Below are positions 60,634-64,000 of a stretch of 64,000 bases of DNA, piece by piece. The notes beneath the pieces were generated by a model that saw nothing but the letters and a program-made list of their open reading frames with translations, did no database searches and was not told the origin of the DNA. A program made the position numbers and the translations under genes. Origin of the DNA: Rhynchopus sp. YZ270_cl-10 (taxonomy: Eukaryota); assembly GCA_964035575.1 (NCBI GenBank), contig OZ037838.1, forward strand, positions 1,674,001 to 1,738,000, in the 5' to 3' direction. The stretch's first letter is position 1. Each line of letters starts with the position of its first letter.

Positions 60634-61041
60634 GGTCTGAGGTGCGTCCCTCTTTCTTGCCTAATAGCTTCTTCATTTGCGCAAAGGCGAAATGTCAAAG
60701 ATGAAACATCATCAAGGAGCTTTCCTCCCCTAAACACCCTGGTGCGATCGTGCGATGAATGTTAAGTTTCTATTTTTATTACTTTTCCATGAGGATCCAA
60801 TCTGTTAAACGGAAACACAAACCGGGTGACAATCGGTTGTATACCTTCCCCGTTCACACAGTACGGGCAGGTCATGAGGTTTCTTTTCGCATCTCCTGTG
60901 TGGTTGCCGCAGGGTATCTTCAAATTGCTTGCTTTGTCAGAGTTTGTTGAAAAACGTATTTAACCCACCAACCTTCTTATTTGTCATTGCAAAAGTGACA
61001 CCACCAACCATCACATCAAACACAACAGACCCTTTAACAAT

Positions 61042-62136
61042 ATGATGGATGTGACCTTTGTGCTGGAAGAGTCAGGCATGACTGCGACAGTGGAGGTGCC
61101 GTGCGAGGCGGACGTTGCAGCGGCAAAGGAGGTTGCGTGCACGGCGCTTGCTGTCTCGCCTGCGTCTGTCGAGATGCGCATCGGCACGCAGGTGCTGGAG
61201 GGGACGTGCCGTCTGCAGGACACTGCGTTTGATGCAGGGGTGCAGGTTGTGCTTGCCCGCCGCTTTGCCGACATCAAGTGTCCTGCTCAGTACAGTATGC
61301 ACGGACACTTATGTAACTTCTCGTTGTCTCCTTGTGGGGAGCTCTGTATCTATTTCTACGTGACGGACGATATCAGTATTGCCTGCAGCGGCTTTGACAC
61401 AGAAACCTTCGAGACTGCCTTCAGGTTTGACGTCGGGTTTTGTGTGCGTGGTCCGCCTGCCATCTCACGGTGCAAGGCATACTGCTACATGCCGGGTCTT
61501 GCCAAGGTTGCGCTTCCGGGTGGGGAGGTGATCCACAAGGTCGACGATGTTTCATTGTCTGTGTTTGCGTGTGGCGGTGTTGTTGTGTCACAGGAACACA
61601 ACGGTGTCTCTGTGTATGACGAAGACCTGACGTTACTCCGCTTTCTCTCGCACGAAGGATGCAGGAAGGTGGCAGTATCTGGCTGTGGTGGGTGGGTGAT
61701 CACCACCTCGTGGGGGGAACCGAACGCACGTCTGTGGGATGTGAACACAGGTGAAGCTGTGGCATGTGTGCCTGCGGATGGGAGTCATGTGGCGCTTTCA
61801 CGGTCTGCCTCTGTCTTTGCTGTGGATTGCTCTGACGAAGTGCAGCTCTATGACTGGAGTGGTGCGGCTCTTGGCTGTTTAAACGAGGATAAGGCTAGCG
61901 TCTGTGGCGTGCAGTTCACTCCATGTGGGAAGTACGTGGTTGTTGGGTTTGAGAGTTGTGATCACGATGATGGACGGAAATATAGTTTACATCAGTTTGA
62001 TGTGGCAACCCAGTCCTGTGTGCGGGTGATATTGGACAGCCACGATGCGTTTGTGATATCGCCGTGTTCACGTGTGGTTGTGTTTGAGTCATCAGATAGT
62101 ACCACTCTTGTGTCACAGCATCTGTACCCCGACTGA
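61042..62136 (+). CDS. Ubl-WD40 family protein
   Basis: Intact ORF, family motifs. Confidence 0.9.
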   Translation: MMDVTFVLEESGMTATVEVPCEADVAAAKEVACTALAVSPASVEMRIGTQVLEGTCRLQDTAFDAGVQVVLARRFADIKCPAQYSMHGHLCNFSLSPCGELCIYFYVTDDISIACSGFDTETFETAFRFDVGFCVRGPPAISRCKAYCYMPGLAKVALPGGEVIHKVDDVSLSVFACGGVVVSQEHNGVSVYDEDLTLLRFLSHEGCRKVAVSGCGGWVITTSWGEPNARLWDVNTGEAVACVPADGSHVALSRSASVFAVDCSDEVQLYDWSGAALGCLNEDKASVCGVQFTPCGKYVVVGFESCDHDDGRKYSLHQFDVATQSCVRVILDSHDAFVISPCSRVVVFESSDSTTLVSQHLYPD

Positions 62137-62446
62137 GCGATGCAGTCCACCCTGTGTGGGAAGTACCTCCTCGTTGTCGCGAGTACTGCGGTGTGTTGCT
62201 ATCGTGCGTTGCATCAGTATTTGCGTTGCACCCTCGACCTACTAGCCTGTGAGGGAATTCATTTTGAGACATTTTGAGAATAACGACCACACCACCCTTT
62301 ACCTCTCTTTTTCACTTTTGCTTTGTTAAAACCCTCTTCTGTTGGTGGAAACTACAGACACAACGAAACCGTCACAAACACACAAAACAAAACAACCCAC
62401 ACCTCATCTCCTCCCAACAGAGGTGGAACAAGAAGAAGACAAAACA

Positions 62447-63610
62447 ATGGATGTGACCTTTGTGCTGGAAGAGTCAGGCGTGACTGCGACAGTGGAGGTG
62501 CCGTGCGAGGCGGACGTTGCAGCGGCAAAGGAGGTTGCGTGCACGGCGCTTGCTGTCTCGCCTGCGTCTGTCGAGATGCGCATCGGCACGCAGGTGCTGG
62601 AGGGGACGTGCCGTCTGCAGGACACTGCGTTTGATGCAGGGGTGCAGGTTGTGCTTGCCCGCCGCTTTGCCGACATCAAGTGTCCTGCTAAGCTCAGTCT
62701 GCCGCCTGGCTTGTCTCTCTTCTCGTTGTCTCCTTGTGGATCGCTCTGTCTCTATTTGTACTTTAATGGTTTCAATCTCGGTGGAGGTTCCAGTTTTGGT
62801 GGCGTCGGCGTTGATACAGAAGCCTTCGAGACTGCCTTCGAGTTTGAAATCGAATTCGGTGGGCTTGGTCCAGCTGCCATCTCACGATGCAAGACACACT
62901 GCTACATGGCGTTCAGGCGTTGTCTTGCCAAGGTTGCGCTTCCGGGTGGGGAGGTGGTCCGCAAAGTCGACGGCCTCTCGACGTGGGTGTTCGCGTGTGG
63001 CGGTGTTCTTATCTCCCAAGGCAAAGGCGGCGTCTCTGTGTATGACGAAGACCTGACGTTTCTCCTCACTCTCTCACACAAGGGGTGCAACGAGGGGAGC
63101 GACGTGGCACTGTCTGACTGTGGTGGGTGGGTGATCACCTCTTCCGGGAAGGAGAAGAACGCGCGTCTGTGGGATGTGAACACAGGTGAAGCTGTGGCAT
63201 GTGTGCCTGCGGATGGGAGGCGAGTGGCGCTTTCACGGTCTGCCTCTGTCTTTGCTGTGGAGTGCTCTCAGAAAGTGCAGCTCTATGACTGGAGTGGTGC
63301 GGCTCTTGGCAGCTTTGAAGAGGAGCTGTCTCGCGTCTTTGCCGTGCAGTTCACTCCGTGTGGGAAGTACGTCGTTGTTGGGTTTGTGAGTGGTGACATT
63401 GTTCTGGATGATGAGCGCGCCCTACACCAGTATGATGTGGCAACCATGTCCTGTGTGCGTGTGATACCAAATGCCAAGCAAGCATTTGCGATATCGCCGT
63501 GTTCACATGTGGTTTTGTTTGAGTCAGGAGAAAGTGACGACCTTGTGTCACAGCATCTGTACCCCTACTTGAGTGATGTTTCGGATGAAAACAGAGAAGA
63601 GTTGCCCTGA
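62447..63610 (+). CDS. Ubl-WD40 family protein
   Basis: Intact ORF; close relative of 788-1947 including the downstream intergenic region. Confidence 0.9.
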   Translation: MDVTFVLEESGVTATVEVPCEADVAAAKEVACTALAVSPASVEMRIGTQVLEGTCRLQDTAFDAGVQVVLARRFADIKCPAKLSLPPGLSLFSLSPCGSLCLYLYFNGFNLGGGSSFGGVGVDTEAFETAFEFEIEFGGLGPAAISRCKTHCYMAFRRCLAKVALPGGEVVRKVDGLSTWVFACGGVLISQGKGGVSVYDEDLTFLLTLSHKGCNEGSDVALSDCGGWVITSSGKEKNARLWDVNTGEAVACVPADGRRVALSRSASVFAVECSQKVQLYDWSGAALGSFEEELSRVFAVQFTPCGKYVVVGFVSGDIVLDDERALHQYDVATMSCVRVIPNAKQAFAISPCSHVVLFESGESDDLVSQHLYPYLSDVSDENREELP

Positions 63611-64000
63611 TGAGCACAACAGCGTGCAGCTCTATGATTGTAGCAGTGCGGCTCTTTGCAGCTTTGATGAAGCATGGGCACGTCTGGATGCGTATCCTCC
63701 TCTCACTCGTACTTCAGGACGCGCGTTTTGGGGGTTTTCGGGACTTTTGGGGTTTGAAACAAATAATGGATGGAAGAAAATGCTGATGGACTGAGCGATC
63801 AACAAACAATGAATCAATAAAGATGGGGGTACTTTAGTTTGATATTTTGAGGATAACGCCCACACCACCCTTTACCCCTCTTCCACTTTTTCTTTCCGTC
63901 TGTCGGTGGAATTGACAACAACATCACAAACACACAAAACAAAACAACGCACACCTCATCTCCTCCTACCCACATCTTCTTTTCTAGACAACAGCTCTCT

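Noticed and set aside
757..63183. Recurrent minus-strand and alternate-frame ORFs (MMSAKRRAS..., MQRQRRLRARR..., MFTSHRRAF...)
   Set aside because: Shadows of the conserved array CDS with variable starts and stops
788..63610. Diversity-generating retroelement behind the hypervariable loops
   Set aside because: No reverse transcriptase or template-repeat/variable-repeat pair seen; variation includes indels and all four bases rather than adenine-specific changes
788..63610. F-box/WD40 annotation because Skp1 is nearby
   Set aside because: No LPxE(I/L)LxxI(F/L)xxL-type F-box motif; the N-terminus fits a beta-grasp pattern

Overview
Eukaryotic nuclear DNA, most consistent with a euglenozoan, probably diplonemid-like. 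Every credible gene is on the + strand, Skp1 has a kinetoplastid-like C-terminus, and canonical GT-AG introns are present. The window is dominated by a tandem array of one intronless gene family. It has 18 full-length copies (13 open, 5 frameshifted), one copy cut by the window start and two relics. Each copy encodes an almost invariant N-terminal ubiquitin-like (beta-grasp) domain fused to a roughly 7-bladed WD40-like propeller whose scaffold is constant but whose loops are hypervariable and shuffled between copies. Other genes with ubiquitin-system or recognition modules sit in the array: Skp1, a Ubl-LRR protein ending in a CaaX box, a B-box-LRR protein and an ankyrin/TM/GIDE-like membrane protein. 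There is also a 4-exon secreted, probably GPI-anchored Cache-domain sensor. Intergenic DNA holds many non-autonomous TIR elements, including a nested 5.15-kb insertion containing a 1.1-kb near-perfect palindrome, plus GTAC-containing microsatellites and GNA-triloop hairpins. The best candidate for an undescribed system is a diversifying repertoire of Ubl-tagged receptors (Ubl-WD40, Ubl-LRR). All domain calls were made by eye; no searches were run.
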